In this document: positions 21,586 through 35,049 of the stretch, piece after piece
Numbering within the stretch: the stretch's first letter is position 1
Layout of the letters: each line of letters opens with the position of its first letter
Assembly: GCF_001194135.2 (NCBI RefSeq)
Contig: NC_068981.1
Span: forward strand, 197,179,869 to 197,243,868
DNA: 64,000 nucleotides
Reading direction: 5' to 3'
Source of the DNA: Octopus bimaculoides
Lineage: Eukaryota
Notes under the pieces: generated by a model
What the model saw: the letters and a program-made list of their open reading frames with translations, nothing else
What the model was told of the DNA's origin: nothing
Databases searched by the model: none
Translations under genes and position numbers: made by a program

Positions 21586-22298
21586 TCATCCGAAATGGAG
21601 ACAAGCACCAACAGGTTCAGGTGGCACGCTTGAACAATTGTGAGGATCACTGCACATGAAACCATTGGTTGCCTTGTTAACCCACAAATAAAGAAAAGAA
21701 TGTGTGTGTGTATCTCTCTCTCTCTCTACATATATATCTATATATATATATATATATAATGGGCTTCTTTCACTTTCCGTCTACCAAATTCACTCTCAAG
21801 GCTTTAGTCAACTCAGGGCTATAATAGATGACATTTGCTCAGTGACATACAGTGGGACTGAACCTAAAACCATGTGATTGGGAGGCAAACTTCTCAAGCA
21901 CACAGCCACATCTCTGCCTCACAGGCCATATATATGTCTGTATGTGTGTGTGCGTCTTTTTTGTTTTGACACCACAGGATATAAACAAGTGGCAATGTTG
22001 TACAAGTTATTTCCTTCATTACAAAGTGCTTCCTGCAAACGTGTGTCTATGAGGAAATATCACCAAAGCTGGAAAACAGGTCAGGGTTAGCAATAAGGAA
22101 AGGTGCCAAACTATAAAAAATCTGCCTCAAAGAATTTCATCTGACTGAAGCCAACGTAGAAAAGTGGACGCTAAAAAGATGATGATGAGGTCACACACAG
22201 TTTTGCTGCATAACAGGATTTTTGTGCATTAAATATTAGTGGAAACGTGGTTTGTCCCAAACTGGACAGAAACACCAACAAACTGACCAAACACTTAC

Positions 22299-22368
22299 CA
22301 GGCTTTTTGATAACCACAGTCGTTCTTCTTTCATCATTTCAATTTGATGTTTGATTTCCTGAACATAT
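22299..22368 (-). CDS. CENPK: CENP-K homolog, internal exon
   Basis: atgacag|A TAT...CTG|gtaagt, 70 bp, phase 2-0, (K)YVQEIKHQIEMMKEERLWLSKSL. Confidence 0.82.
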
Positions 22369-24384
22369 CTGTCATTGTAGAATAAGAAAGACAGAAAATT
22401 CGTAGACTTAAAGAGATTTTGGCAGGGTTTTGTGACAGTCTGTGTTGTCTACATAACATTATTTGGCATATATGGGTTTTTAAAACAATATGAGGGTTAA
22501 TAAAAAAAATAAAAATAAAAACAATACCTTTCTGACCAAGGCCATCCTCTTTCTCCATAGAATATTCTTTTCTACTCTAGGCACAAGGCCCAAAATTTTG
22601 GGGGAAGGGGCCAGTCGATTAGATCAATCCCAGTATGCAACTGGTACTTAATTTATCGACCCTGAAAGGACGAAAGGCAAAGTCGACCTCAGCAGGATTT
22701 GAACTCAGAACGGCAGACGAAATACCGCTAACCATTTCGCCCAGCATGCAAAATATTCTACCACTTTCAATCATTTTATAAGATTATTTAAACATGCTGA
22801 AAAAGAAGGGAAAATAAATGGAAATGAATTAATCTTTCATGATATCACTTCTGAAAGTGCACATCCTTTTCTTACATGTCAACTTCAAGAACTGATATCA
22901 TAAAAGATTAGGCACCTTCCAAATGTGGTTGATGCCCCCCACCCCGCCCCGACTGGTTCCTGTGCCGGTAGCACATAAAAAGCACTCACTACACTCTNNN
23001 NNNNNNNGTAACTGGCTCCTGCGCTGGTGGCACATAAAAAGCACTCACTACACTCTTGGAGTGGTTGGCGTTAGGAAAGGCATCCAGCTGTAGAAACATT
23101 TATTTCTTTATTGCCAACAAGAGGTCAAACAAAGACTGACAAAGGAATTAAGTCGATTACATCAACCCCAGTGCATAACTGGTACTTGTTTAATCAACAC
23201 CGAAAGGATAAAAGGCAAAGTCGACCTCAGTGGAATTTGAACTCAGAACATAACGGCACAGGAAATACTGCTAAGACATTTCACCCGGCATGCTAACGAT
23301 TCTGCCAGCTCGCTGCCCGATTGTAGAAACCTTGCCAAATCAGATTGGAGCCTGGTGCAACCTCCTAGCTTGCCAGTCTCCAGTCAAACCATCCAACTCA
23401 TGGAAAACGGACGTTAAACGACGATGATGATGATGATTTCCCTTCTATTTTAGAATGATTAAATTGTCTTTCTAAGTGGTTGGAACCAGTACCATATTCT
23501 AGCAGAATGGAAATTCTTTCTTTCATTTATCCATGAAAAGGTTCTCAAAACATATCCTTCTTCTTTTTACTATATATATATATATATATATNNNNNNNNN
23601 NNNNNNNNNNNNNNNNNNNNNNNNNNNNNNNNNNNNNNNNNNNNNNNNNNNNNNNNNNNNNNNNNNNNNNNNNNNNNNNNNNNNNNNNNNNNNNNNNNNN
23701 NNNNNNNNNNNNNNNNNNNNNNNNNNNNNNNNNNNNNNNNNNNNNNNNNNNNNNNNNNNNNNNNNNNNNNNNNNNNNNNNNNNNNNNNNNNNNNNNNNNN
23801 NNNNNNNNNNNNNNNNNNNNNNNNNNNNNNNNNNNNNNNNNNNNNNNNNNNNNNNNNNNNNNNNNNNNNNNNNNNNNNNNNNNNNNNNNNNNNNNNNNNN
23901 NNNNNNNNNNNNNNNNNNNNNNNNNNNNNNNNNNNNNNNNNNNNNNNNNNNNNNNNNNNNNNNNNNNNNNNNNNNNNNNNNNNNNNNNNNNNNNNNNNNN
24001 NNNNNNNNNNNNNNNNNNNNNNNNNNNNNNNNNNNNNNNNNNNNNNNNNNNNNNNNNNNNNNNNNNNNNNNNNNNNNNNNNNNNNNNNNNNNNNNNNNNN
24101 NNNNNNNNNNNNNNNNNNNNNNNNNNNNNNNNNNNNNNNNNNNNNNNNNNNNNNNNNNNNNNNNNNNNNNNNNNNNNNNNNNNNNNNNNNNNNNNNNNNN
24201 NNNNNNNNNNNNNNNNNNATAATAATAAATTTATCATAATTTATAATAATACTGTTATCATAACTTTTAATGTTTTTTGATAAAAATAAATGAGTATTGT
24301 ATATGTTTTTCTTTTTTTTTTCAGAACTGTATGCCTATTTTTGCCCACCCACCCCTGTGTGTGTGTGTGTGTAGACATACATAC

Positions 24385-24480
24385 TTGTTCTCATTAATTC
24401 CACCAGCTTCAGCTCGTTTCGATGATGATTCCGTCAGGGCTTTTGTTATAGATTTCATTTTCATGTCATCTTCTTCTTCT
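24385..24480 (-). CDS. CENPK: CENP-K homolog, internal exon
   Basis: cttttcag|A GAA...AAC AA|gtatgt, 96 bp, phase 2-2, (Q)EEEDDMKMKSITKALTESSSKRAEAGGINEN. Confidence 0.82.
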
Positions 24481-25089
24481 CTGAAAAGAAATTCGAAATA
24501 CAAATGTGTGTGTATATGTATGGCATGTCGTTATATGTGTGCTCTATGTGCAGTAGGTGTGTGTGTGTGTTGTCTGTGGTTATATGTATGCAGTGTGATT
24601 GAAATGTGTATGTGTGTGGGAGGGGGAGGTGATGTGCTCCAGCCAGGCCAACCTCTTTCATTTAAATCTACGGGTCCCAAGCATGACCGTGAGGCTTTGC
24701 AAACCAGGGTTCAATTCCTTTACATTCTATTTTGGTTGAGTATCTTGGTTTGACCAATGAATGGAATTCACATGCAAAAGTTGTGGAAGCCCATCTTGGA
24801 TGTACCAGGCATGGGTGTGGGTATGTGGTCAAGAAGTTTACTTGCTGACCAAGTGGCCTTGGGTTCAGTCCCACTGCATGGCATGTACAAGTACCCATTA
24901 CACTCTTGGAGTGGTTGGCCTTTACGAAGGGCATCCAGCCATAGAAAACCATGCCAAATCAGACTGGAGTCTGGTGCAGCTCTACATCTTGTCAAACTGT
25001 CCAACCCATGCCAGCATAGACAACAGATGTTAAAGGATAATGATGATGATATATATACTCTACTCTCTCTAATGTCACCGGGAACGTTA

Positions 25090-25400
25090 CATCATTTGTG
25101 TGATGTGGAAAATATTCCATCAATATTGCACAAATGATGCTGGCATCAGTTTTAAGAACCATCCAAGACTTGGTCCCCGTGTTATCCGCCCACTACAAAA
25201 ATCAAACTCAAGACACATAGCAACGTTAAGTCACAATTACTTTACCTCAACCAGTCCAGCTCTCTTTAATACCAAAATACGTAATAACAGAAATGGATCC
25301 CATAAAATGTTCACTGGACAAATTTCTTCAAAAAATCCTGGACCAACCTCCTACACCCGGATATGTCTCCAACAATAATAATTCTTTGTTAGAGTGGGCC
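25090..25400 (+). mobile_element. CR1/L2-group LINE 3' fragment
   Basis: MWKI...GISFKNHPRLG...TLSHN..., then LDKFLQKILDQPPTPGY in a shifted frame. Confidence 0.7.
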
Positions 25401-26191
25401 ACGGTGGCCCATATATGACTAAAAGACTTCACCAAATGGTGCTATCAAATCAGACATGGCCTGGACCTATACTGATTTGACTGAGGACTGGCGACCCAGG
25501 AGGCTGCACCAGGCTCCAATCTGACCTGGCAAGGTTTCTACAGCTGGATGCCCTTCCTAACGCCAACCACCCTGAGAGTGTAGTGGGTGTTTTACGTGCC
25601 ACCGGCACGAGGGCCAGTCAGGCAGAACTGGCGACGGCCATGCTCGAAATGGTGTGTTTTACGTGCCACCTGCACAGGAGCAAGCCCATCAGCACTGGCA
25701 ATGATCTTGCTTGAATGTCTTTACCCGTGCCTCTGGCACAAGTGCCAGGGAGGCGACGTTGGTAACGATCGACGGCCACGCTCGAAATGGTGAAAAGACA
25801 TTTGAGCAAGATCGTTGCCAGAGCCAATGGGCTGGCCCCTATGCAGATATACATACATACAGATATAGATATACACACATACAGATATAGACATATATAC
25901 ATATACATACATACATATACATACATACATACATACATTCGTACATACATACATTCGTACATACATACATACATACATATATACATACATACATATATAT
26001 ATATATACATACATATATATATATATGATGATGACAACAATGATGGTGATGATGATGATGACAATGGTGACGACAGTGATGATGATGGTATCGACAGTGA
26101 TGACGGTTACAGTGGCAGGATTTGCCAGGGACAGATGGCACCACAGCCCTCCACACCCCAGCATGTCATATGACCCCAGTTAATTACTCAC

Positions 26192-26321
26192 TGTTGTAGC
26201 TGATTGATTAGCGTTGTCTCCATCAAATCCATCAAGCACAGCAAGTTCTCTTGTTCCCTGATGGTGCTCTTCAGTTGCTGGATGACGTATTTCTGTCGGA
26301 AGTCACTGTCAACAGGTAAAC
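26192..26321 (-). CDS. CENPK: CENP-K homolog, internal exon
   Basis: gtgtttcag|GT TTA...CAA CA|gtgagt, 130 bp, phase 1-2, (G)LPVDSDFRQKYVIQQLKSTIREQENLLCLMDLMETTLINQLQ. Confidence 0.82.
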
Positions 26322-26454
26322 CTGAAACACAATCACAACACCTCCAGCTTACACTTTCCTTTTAACAAATAAACTCAACAACTCCAGGTGTAATGACCCA
26401 CCAATCACTACACTAAACAATAAACCAACACCACAAACACAAGCATTTGTAACA

Positions 26455-26838
26455 ACAGTAGTAGTGGTGGTGGTAATGGTAGTGGTGGTGGTGGTGGTAG
26501 TAGCAGTAGTGGTAGTGGTGGTAGCAGTAGTAGTAGTGGTGGTGGTGATTGTGCTAGTAGTAGTAGTGGTGGTGGTGGTAGTAGTAGTAATAGTGGTGGT
26601 GGTAGTAGTAGTGGTAGTTAGTGGTAGTGGTAGTAATAGTAGTGGTAGCTGCAGTAGTAGTAATAGTGGTGGTGGTAGTAGTAGTGGTAGTTGTAGTAGT
26701 AGTAATAGTGGTGGTGGTAGTAGTAGTGGTAGTAGTAGTAGTAGCAGTAGTGGTGGTGGTAATAGTAGTGGTAGTGGTGGTAGTGCTAGTAGCAGTAGTA
26801 ATGGTGGTGGTGGTAGTGGTAGTAGTAGTAGTAGTAGT
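26455..26838. repeat. (GTA/GTG)n mosaic triplet microsatellite
   Basis: About 380 bp of interleaved GTA, GTG and GCA triplets. A smaller CTA/CCA tract lies at about 39880-40000. Confidence 0.95.
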
Positions 26839-26840
26839 AC

Positions 26841-26949
26841 CTTCTGGAATGTTGTCTCCAATCTCAACGGCAGCCTGGAGGTATTTCCCTGTTACGTCTG
26901 GAATTGGTTCGTCTGGTGAAGAAGTCTTCTGGGACCCGGCTTTATGAGC
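26841..26949 (-). CDS. CENPK: CENP-K homolog, internal exon
   Basis: tatacag|GCT...GAA G|gtacta, 109 bp, phase 0-1, AHKAGSQKTSSPDEPIPDVTGKYLQAAVEIGDNIPE. Phase matches the next exon. Confidence 0.75.
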
Positions 26950-27300
26950 CTGTATATATATATAACAGAGTGAGATGCTGATTACAGGGGTTGTTAGATA
27001 CAGCATGGATGGGTGGGCATGGACAGGGTGCCAGTTCCTGGAGGAAGTGCTCCATTTCATATCAGTTCTATTGCTTTATCTTGAATGATGACTTTCCAGT
27101 AAAGGCATGACAGACACAACTTCATTTACCTTGCTCTAGAAATCCAAAGACTTGTGGAATGAAGTGGAATGGTGCAGTATTTTCTCAAATACACTTGCAA
27201 AAGGGTTGCCATATCCTAAATCCTTTACCCCTGTCCCCTTGTCACTTTTGATGTCTTCTGTTCCACATGTGGCAACAACCACAATTGTCTTCTAAATTTA

Positions 27301-27492
27301 CAGGGCGCGATGGGTAAATTGTCGCCATTTTATATATTTTTAATTCTGTGCATGTGCTTTGTCTGTTTTTGATTTTGTTGACTACACAGTATAGTAGGGT
27401 CAGTTGGGTACCGTCTGTGAGAAAAACAGCACCATGACATAATTCACTCTGCCAGAAATTTGGAAACGACAAGCTGTACTGCTTGGCATTCA
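27301..27492 (+). mobile_element. DD37D family 5' end fragment
   Basis: TA-cagggcgcgatgggtaaattgtcgcc TIR and MTxFTLPEIWKRQAVLLGI start; same family as the 47206 and 50681 copies. Confidence 0.7.
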
Positions 27493-29682
27493 TAATGATG
27501 ATGATGACAACAATGACACAGTTTTAAAAATTAAAATAGTTGTAGGGGGGTGGATATCAAAAACCATTTCCTTACTTTTAAAATCTCAGCCCAAAGATCT
27601 TCACAAGCATCATGTAGAACCTACAAAATAAAATGTTACGTTTTTAAACATCTCAAGTAAATACCATTTGAAATACAAAGGTGAGTACCATTAATCAAAA
27701 AGTTAACATCAATAAACTGTTGAAGTTAATTTTTATTATAGAAAAAAAAAACAGTTTTTGCTCTAAAAACCACCAAAAAACACCTTTAAAAAGTGCCAAA
27801 ACTGTAAAATCCATTAACTTCAATTCAATTGAAGTTAACAGAAGTTAAATGTAACGGAAGTTCATTAGTACAATAATGATTTCCAAAGTTAACTTAAAAG
27901 TTAAATCATTAATGTAAATGTTAACTTTGTTAATTAACGATTAATGGATTAATGGTTTGGTGCCCAGGTTTGTTAAAATATTACTGAAAATCTCACATTT
28001 TACAGAAAGTTAAGGCAGCGTGCCAGACAAAATGGTTACCAGCTTTACGTTTGTTTTTAAGATTTGAACTTCAATTCTGCTGAGGTCAGCTTTGCCTTTC
28101 GTCCTTTGGGATGGGGGGGAGATGAAATGAGTTGAGAAATGAGGTTGATGTAATCGACTTAACCCACCTCACTGAAATTGCTGGCCTTGTGCCAAAATTT
28201 GAAACTAATACTTTACAGAAAGTAAAGAGAGGTTTTTCATCAGGTTTATCAAAGTTTCACCTTTAAAATTACAAAATGGTGAAAAAAAGTCTTCAAAAGC
28301 TGGTTGACCTTGGAAATGTTTGCAACTGGGTCGACTACAACAGAGCACCATATTTCTTTATGGCACCTGTACCAGTGGAGCACTAAGAGCACTGTTGAAG
28401 CATGATCGGTACCAGCGTCGCCTTCCTGGCACTTGTGCTCGTGGCACGTGAAAAGTCATTCGAGTGAGATCGTTGCCAGTGCAGCTGGTCTGTGCAGGTG
28501 GCACGTAAAATACACCATTTTGAACGTGGCCATTGCCAGTACCGCCTGACTGGCCTTCGTGTTGGTGGCACAAAAAAGCACCCACTACACTCTCTGAGTG
28601 GTTGGCGTTAGGAAGGGCATCCAGCTGTAGAAACTCTGCCAAATCAGATTGGAGCCTGGTGTTGCCATCTGGTTTCACCAGTCCTCAGTCAAATCGTCCA
28701 ACCCATGCTAGCATGGAAAGTGGACGTTAAACGATGATGATGATGACTGTATACAAGGGGTTCCCAATCTTTTCACTACCAAGGACCCCCTTTATTTAAA
28801 TGAATTTTCTCAGACCCCTTTTAGATGCTCATCTTTACAAAGGCAATGACCAAGACCTTTGGCATTGTCGTACTTCAGCAGAAGTCCCATCAAACCAAGT
28901 AAAATTGCAGTCATGGCAGATACCAGCATCACACAAATTGACTCCCAGGCTGGTGGCATGTGAACGCACCCCGGTGTCACAAATGGCAACCATGCCGGTG
29001 GCGCATAAAAACACCCCTTACACTCTCAGGGTGGTTGCTATTAGGAAGGGCATCCAACTATGGAAAACCATGCCAAATCAGACTGGAGTCTGGTGCAGCC
29101 TTTCAGCTTGTCAGCCCTGGTCAAACCATGCAACCCATGCCAGCATGGACAATGGAAGTTAAATGATGATGATGATGATGATATGAAATTTTGAATTTAT
29201 TTCAAAGAACACCAGTACTACCTTTGTGGACCGGCAGGGGTCCGCAGACTCCAGATTAGGAATCACTGCTGTATACACTGGCACTCCATTTGTAATGACA
29301 ATTTCGGCGGAGGAGGAGGTGGGAGGGGGGGCTAATTGATTACATCAACCACAGTGCGCAACTGGTACTTATTTAATCAACCCCCAAAAGGATTAAAGGT
29401 AAAGTCGACCTTGGTGGAATTTGAACTCAGAACATAGCGACAGGCGAAATACTGCTAAGCATTTCGCCCAGCATGCCAACGATTCTGCCAGCCCGCCGCC
29501 TTACAAACAACCAAAGAGAAATGTGATAAAAGACATTTGCCTGAATTGAAAGAGAAGAGGATGGAACTAAAGCCATGGTTTTGAGAAGCAAACTTCTAAA
29601 GTACGCAGCCAAACAAGTCTAGACTAATTAACAACAACAACTCATAATTAGGTAATTATTATTTAGTTCATTCTATACTTAC

Positions 29683-29723
29683 TTTATTCGGTTTTGATTC
29701 TGTAACAGTCTCTGGGAGGTCAC
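29683..29723 (-). CDS. CENPK: Probable CENP-K 5' microexon
   Basis: gtgtttgcag|GT GAC...AAA|gtaagt, 41 bp, phase 1-0, xDLPETVTESKPNK. Strong splice sites and the correct exit phase, but no recognisable homology. Confidence 0.62.
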
Positions 29724-30765
29724 CTGCAAACACAAAGAAATATATTATTGTTATCATTATTCATCATCATCATCATTTAACGTTCGTTTTCCATGCTGGC
29801 ATGGGTTGGATGGTTCGACTGGGGTCTGGGACACCAGGAGGCTGCACCAGGCCCCAATCTGATCTGGTAGAGTTTCTACAGCTGGATGCCCTTCCTGATG
29901 CCAACCACTCCGAGTGTAGTGGGTGCTTTTTACGTGCCACTGGCACAGGAGCCAGAGGAGGCTGGCATCGATCACATTCAGATGGTGCCTTTTATATGGC
30001 ACCATCACAAGGAGCCTGTCAAGGCAGCACTGGCATCAGCCACATTCGGATGGTGCTTTTTACGTGCCACCATCACGGGGAGCCAGTCAGGCGGCACTGG
30101 CATCAGCCAGAACTACAATTTCCCTTTGATTGTGGTTTGATGTTGATGTACTCGACTCAATAAGTCTCCTCAAACACGGCATGTCACCCTATGATCCAAA
30201 GGTACTTTTTTAAGTGCAATGGTTATGCGACACTGGTGTAGGCTACAGCTGTGATCTCACTTTATTTGCCAGGTCTTCTTCACATTATTATTATTATTAT
30301 ATGTCAGCGCGCATGGCTTAGTGGTTAGGGTGTTGCACTCACAATCACTAGATCGTAGTTTCAATTCCCAGAATAGGTAGTGTGTTGTGTTCTTGAGCAA
30401 AACTCTTCATTTCACATTGCTCTCTGATCACTTCGACACCTGATGTATGATACATTTGTTCACCTGTTTAGACAACATCGATTTGATGGAGAGAGTGAGC
30501 TAATGTGAGGCACAAACATTTGATCCCTACAAACAAATTTGAACTCAGAACACAGTAACCGGCAAAATACCGCTAAGAATTTCGCCCAGCGGGCTAATGA
30601 TTCTGCCAGCTCGACGCCTTACAAACAACCAAAGAGAAATGTGATAAAAGACACTTGCCTGAATTGAAACAGAAGAGAATGGAACTAAAACCATGGTTTT
30701 GTGAAGCAAACTTCTAAAGTACGCAGCCAAACAAGTCTAGACTAATTAACAACAAATCATAATTA

Positions 30766-30900
30766 GTTCTATATTTAAGAGATGAGCAATTATGTGCATT
30801 ATTTACATTATTTACATTCAATGGATATTTATCCTCATTGTGTTAACAACAAACAAGATGAGGACAAATATCCGTTGAATGTAAATAATGCACAACTCCT
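30766..30900. repeat. Head-to-head palindrome of two Penelope-module tails
   Basis: atttacattcaatggatatttatcctcat...gatgaggacaaatatccgttgaatgtaaat, centred near 30840; hammerhead absent. Confidence 0.75.
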
Positions 30901-31346
30901 AATTAGATAATTATTATCTTCTATAGCCCCAGGTCAAACAAAGTCTTACAAGTGGATCTGATAGGTGGATACTGAAAGACATCCATTGTGTTTGTGTCTC
31001 CTTGTTTTGACGTTGGGAGAACACGATCGGCCATGTCGTTCGGCAAAAGATGCTTCTTAAAAAAATCCATCTTTATTACAAAAATGAAACCATGCTCAAG
31101 AGATGCTCAACCAACTTCCCTATGCTATGCTCTCCAACATCCAAACCTACAGTGTACACTTCCCTACTTCAGCTCTCCCCGTCCATCCGCAGTACATGAC
31201 CATCCCAACGCAAACGTCTCTCTTGCACACCACATTTGATGCTTCTTATGTCTAACATTTCTCTCAAAGCTTTACACTCTGTCATGTGTGCACACTGACA
31301 TTACACACATACATATATAATATGTGTGTGTGTGTGTATGTGTATA

Positions 31347-31577
31347 CAGAATTGGCCAAAGGTCACCTGACAGTAAATCAAAATTCCATAAATACCATCT
31401 GTAATTCTGCATTGACTCGGATGGAAAAATGTGTCGCTCAAGAAGGACTTCAGTTTGAACAATTCTAATTTTTTTATATTTAGATCTTTTTATTAAACTC
31501 ATTCAGTTGTTAAACAGAAACAAAATCTTGCAATTGAATGGTTTTGATTTACTGTTAGGTGAGTTTTGGCCACCCTG
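31347..31577 (+). mobile_element. Tc1/mariner-derived MITE
   Basis: TA-cagaattggccaaaggtcacc...ggtgagttttggccaccctg-TA; retains ALTRMEKCVAQEGLQFEQF*, a transposase end. Confidence 0.7.
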
Positions 31578-32474
31578 TATATATATATATACACATAATC
31601 ATCATCATCATCATCGTTTAACATCTGCTTTCCATGCTAGCATGGGTTGGACGATTTGACTGAGGACTGGTGAACCAGATGGTTGCACCAGGTTCCAATC
31701 TGATCTGGCAGAGTTTCTACAGCTGGATGCCCTTCCTAACGCCAACCACTCCGAGAGTGTAGTGGGTGCTTTTACGTGCCACGCTCAAAATGGTGTTTTT
31801 TTACATGCAACCTGCACAGGAACCAGTCCAGCGGCACTGGCATCGACCTCGCTCAAATGATTTTTTAACGTGCCAGTAAGGTGACGCTGGTAACGATCAC
31901 GCTCAAATGGTGCTATTTACGTGCCACTGGCACGGAAGCCAGACAGCTGCTCAGGCAATGATCACGTTAGAATTTGTTTATATCTCGACACCTCTTCTCC
32001 ATTTTTTAACATGTTTGTTGAGTTTCTATGGAATACCTTTCCAAAAAATTTCATAACACACCATATACATGTAATAATAATTTCATATTCACAAAAATCT
32101 TACGCCAGGAAGCTGCCAGCAAAATACGAAGAATCTTTGTTAGAAATTGCCCTTTGAAACCCTCCAAAGTAAAGGATGAATTAAAATTCAACCTCTCCAC
32201 ACACACATACGTACATATATATAGACAGACAGATACAAATATGTAAAATATGGGTTCCAGTCAGTTTCTATATATATGATAGACGCAGGTATGGATCGGT
32301 GGTTAAGAAGCTAGCTTCCAAACCATGCACTGCTGGGTTCAGTACCAATGCCTGGCATGGCACCACAAGCATGGTTTTGCTACTACAGATGTAGGTCAAC
32401 CAAATCCTTGTGAGTGGATTTGCCAGACAGAAACTGACTGGAACCCATATTTTACATATCCACATCTAGCTAGC

Positions 32475-32509
<35 letters not shown>

Positions 32510-32519
32510 NNNNNNNNNN

Positions 32520-33395
32520 CGCTCCGATGGATGTGTAATGTCAGTGTGCATACTCAACAGAGTGTAAATGCCTTGAGAGAGAAGTTGGACCTAAGAAGCA
32601 TCAGATGTGGTGTGCAAGAGAGATGACTGTGATGGTATGGTCATGTGGCGAGAATGGATGAGGATAGTAACTAGTAACGGAGACCTGTGGAAATATGCTG
32701 TGCGTGAGAAGACCCAGCAAGACAAGTGAGACCATAACCTGTGGCCTTTACCAGGGTGTAGCCAGCCCACTTATGCGTACCTTTCCTTCTTTGGACACAA
32801 AACCCTACTTGCGAAGACCTGTTGAGGCAAATGAAATCGAAATCAAACTAAATTCAACAACTGGCACCCATGCCAACCTCTCCTTCATTGGACACTAAAC
32901 TCAGCTTGCGAAGACCTGTTGGGGCAAGTGAGATCGAAACTGAACCAAATTTGATAACTGGCACCTGAGCCAGGGGAACATCATAACAGCACCATCTGAG
33001 CAGGATCACTGCCAGAGCAGCGGTCTTGCTCCCGTGCCGGTGGCACATAAAAAGCACCATTTGAGCGCGATTGTTTCCAGCTTCGCCTTACTGGCACTCG
33101 TGCCAGTGGCATGTGAACAAAACATTGGACTGACTCCTGTGCAGGTGGCACGTAAAAAAACACCATTTGAGCGTGGCTGTTGCCAGTACCGCAGGACTGG
33201 CCCTCGTGCCGGTGGCATGTAAAAAGCACCCACTACACTCTCGGAGTGGTTGGCGTTAGGAAGGGCATCCAGCTGTAGAAACTCTGCCAGATCAGATTGG
33301 AGTCTGGTGTAGCCATCCACTTCGCCAGTCCCCAGTCAAATTGTCCAACCCATGCAAGCATAGAAAGCGGACGTTAAATGTTGATGATGATGATA
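32520..33395 (+). mobile_element. RTE LINE 3' portion with long modular 3' UTR
   Basis: LRWMCNVSV...ALREKLDLRSIRCGVQER remnant, ORF-end motif, a tandem duplication of about 98 bp, hairpin modules and a GAT tail. Confidence 0.78.
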
Positions 33396-33396
33396 C

Positions 33397-33492
<96 letters not shown>

Positions 33493-33689
33493 TAATGTGA
33501 TTGTCCCCACCCTCATCATTACCGCTTGACAACCAATGCCGGTGTGTTTACGTCCCTATAACTTAGCAGTTTGACAAAAGACACCAATAGAATAAGTACC
33601 AAGCTTTAAAAAATAAGTCCTGAGGTCGATACATCCGACTAAAAATTCTTCAAGGTGGTGTCCCAGCATGGTCACAGTCTAATGACCGA

Positions 33690-33900
33690 AACAAGTAAAA
33701 GGTAATTCTGGTAGTGTAGCAATAAGAACAAGGGCAGCCAGTCTTTAAGGTTTGGAGGAGAACGATAAACAAGAGAGAGCCAAGAACTGATCCTTGGTGA
33801 ACTCCTACCTCTACACTAAAATCTTGGCTATATTCATTGCCAGCCCTCACCTTACTGACAGTATCCCTGTAAATGGCTTGTTCAACTCTCACCAATCACT
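33690..33900 (-). mobile_element. RTE RT fragment
   Basis: YRDTVSKVRAGNEYSQDFSVEVGVHQGSVLGSLLFIVL. Confidence 0.75.
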
Positions 33901-35049
33901 CATCTATCTCTAGCTTCTGCATTGCCCACTAAATAAGGCAGTGAGAGACCCTGGGGATCTTGTTAAAGGCTTGTAGCTTAATAATTTTATAAGTTTTCTG
34001 CAAATATTAAGATTCCAATTAAATTACTATCATCATCATCATCATCTTATCACAGCCACGTTTCTATGTTTCCATGAATCACACAGTTTGTTGAGGCAGA
34101 TTGTTTTACAGCCGGATGCCCTTCCTGTTGACAACCTTTATATTTTTATAGACAAGGTAATAACTCCCCCATGACCAGACACATTTCCAGGGAAGTTTGG
34201 AAAGAAATACATTGCTTCTACAATGGTGATGCTCATTTAATGTGATGTAAGCCAAGGAGACGCCTGCAAACACACACACACAGATGACAGGCTTCTTTCA
34301 GTTTCCACAACCAAATCCTTTCAGAAGGCTTTGGTCAGTCCCGGGCTATAGGGAAGACACTTGCTTAAGATGCTCCATGGTGTGACTGAACCCCCAGCCT
34401 GTGTGGTTGGGAAGCAAACTTCTTAACTGCAAGGCCAAACTTGCACATAAAAAGAAATAAAATAGTAAAGATTTTTTTTTAAATGCCACAAATTCAATTC
34501 TATCAATACTCTTCCAATTACAGCAGATATTGCATAAATTTGTCTACAAATTATAATAGAGATTCGTTTGGCTTCACTTTTCAGCCATAACCGACATCAT
34601 ACATGAATTGCCTCCCTTGAATGGTCGGCTGAAAACATTCCCAATCGTTCCCTGACCAGGTTATGTTCTGTAACTTATTTTAGGGCTAGCACGTATGAGC
34701 CTTTATTGGAGACTCCTCTGTGGGATGGGACAAGTAGAGGGAGAGCCATTTTCAAACTAGGGACCTGGGACACACCAAATGAATTTTAATATCAAAGATG
34801 GGACTAATTAACGATCTGTTGGTGTTTATGGCCACATGTCTGCCCTAAAGAACAAACCTCTGATCAGAGGAGGAGGAGGAGATAGTAACATATGATAAAA
34901 AGAACTGGAGGTTCCTACAGGACAACTTAATGAGGGTCACTGTACTAGTTTGTGGCTGGTGCAAAGTCACCTTCAGACCTAAGGTGATATGGTGGTCAAA
35001 CAGTGAAGTAGACAGGGCCATTTGAGCAAGGAACAAGACTGGAAGAGTG

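Noticed and set aside
25587-27060. ORFs rich in Y/I/H/T/V/S/G runs (also 39044-40064, 46335-46579, 52090-52449 and 60289-63971)
   Set aside because: They are translations of microsatellites.
27130-27215. AG-GT segment as an extra CENP-K exon
   Set aside because: The frame required to exit in phase 0 contains a stop.
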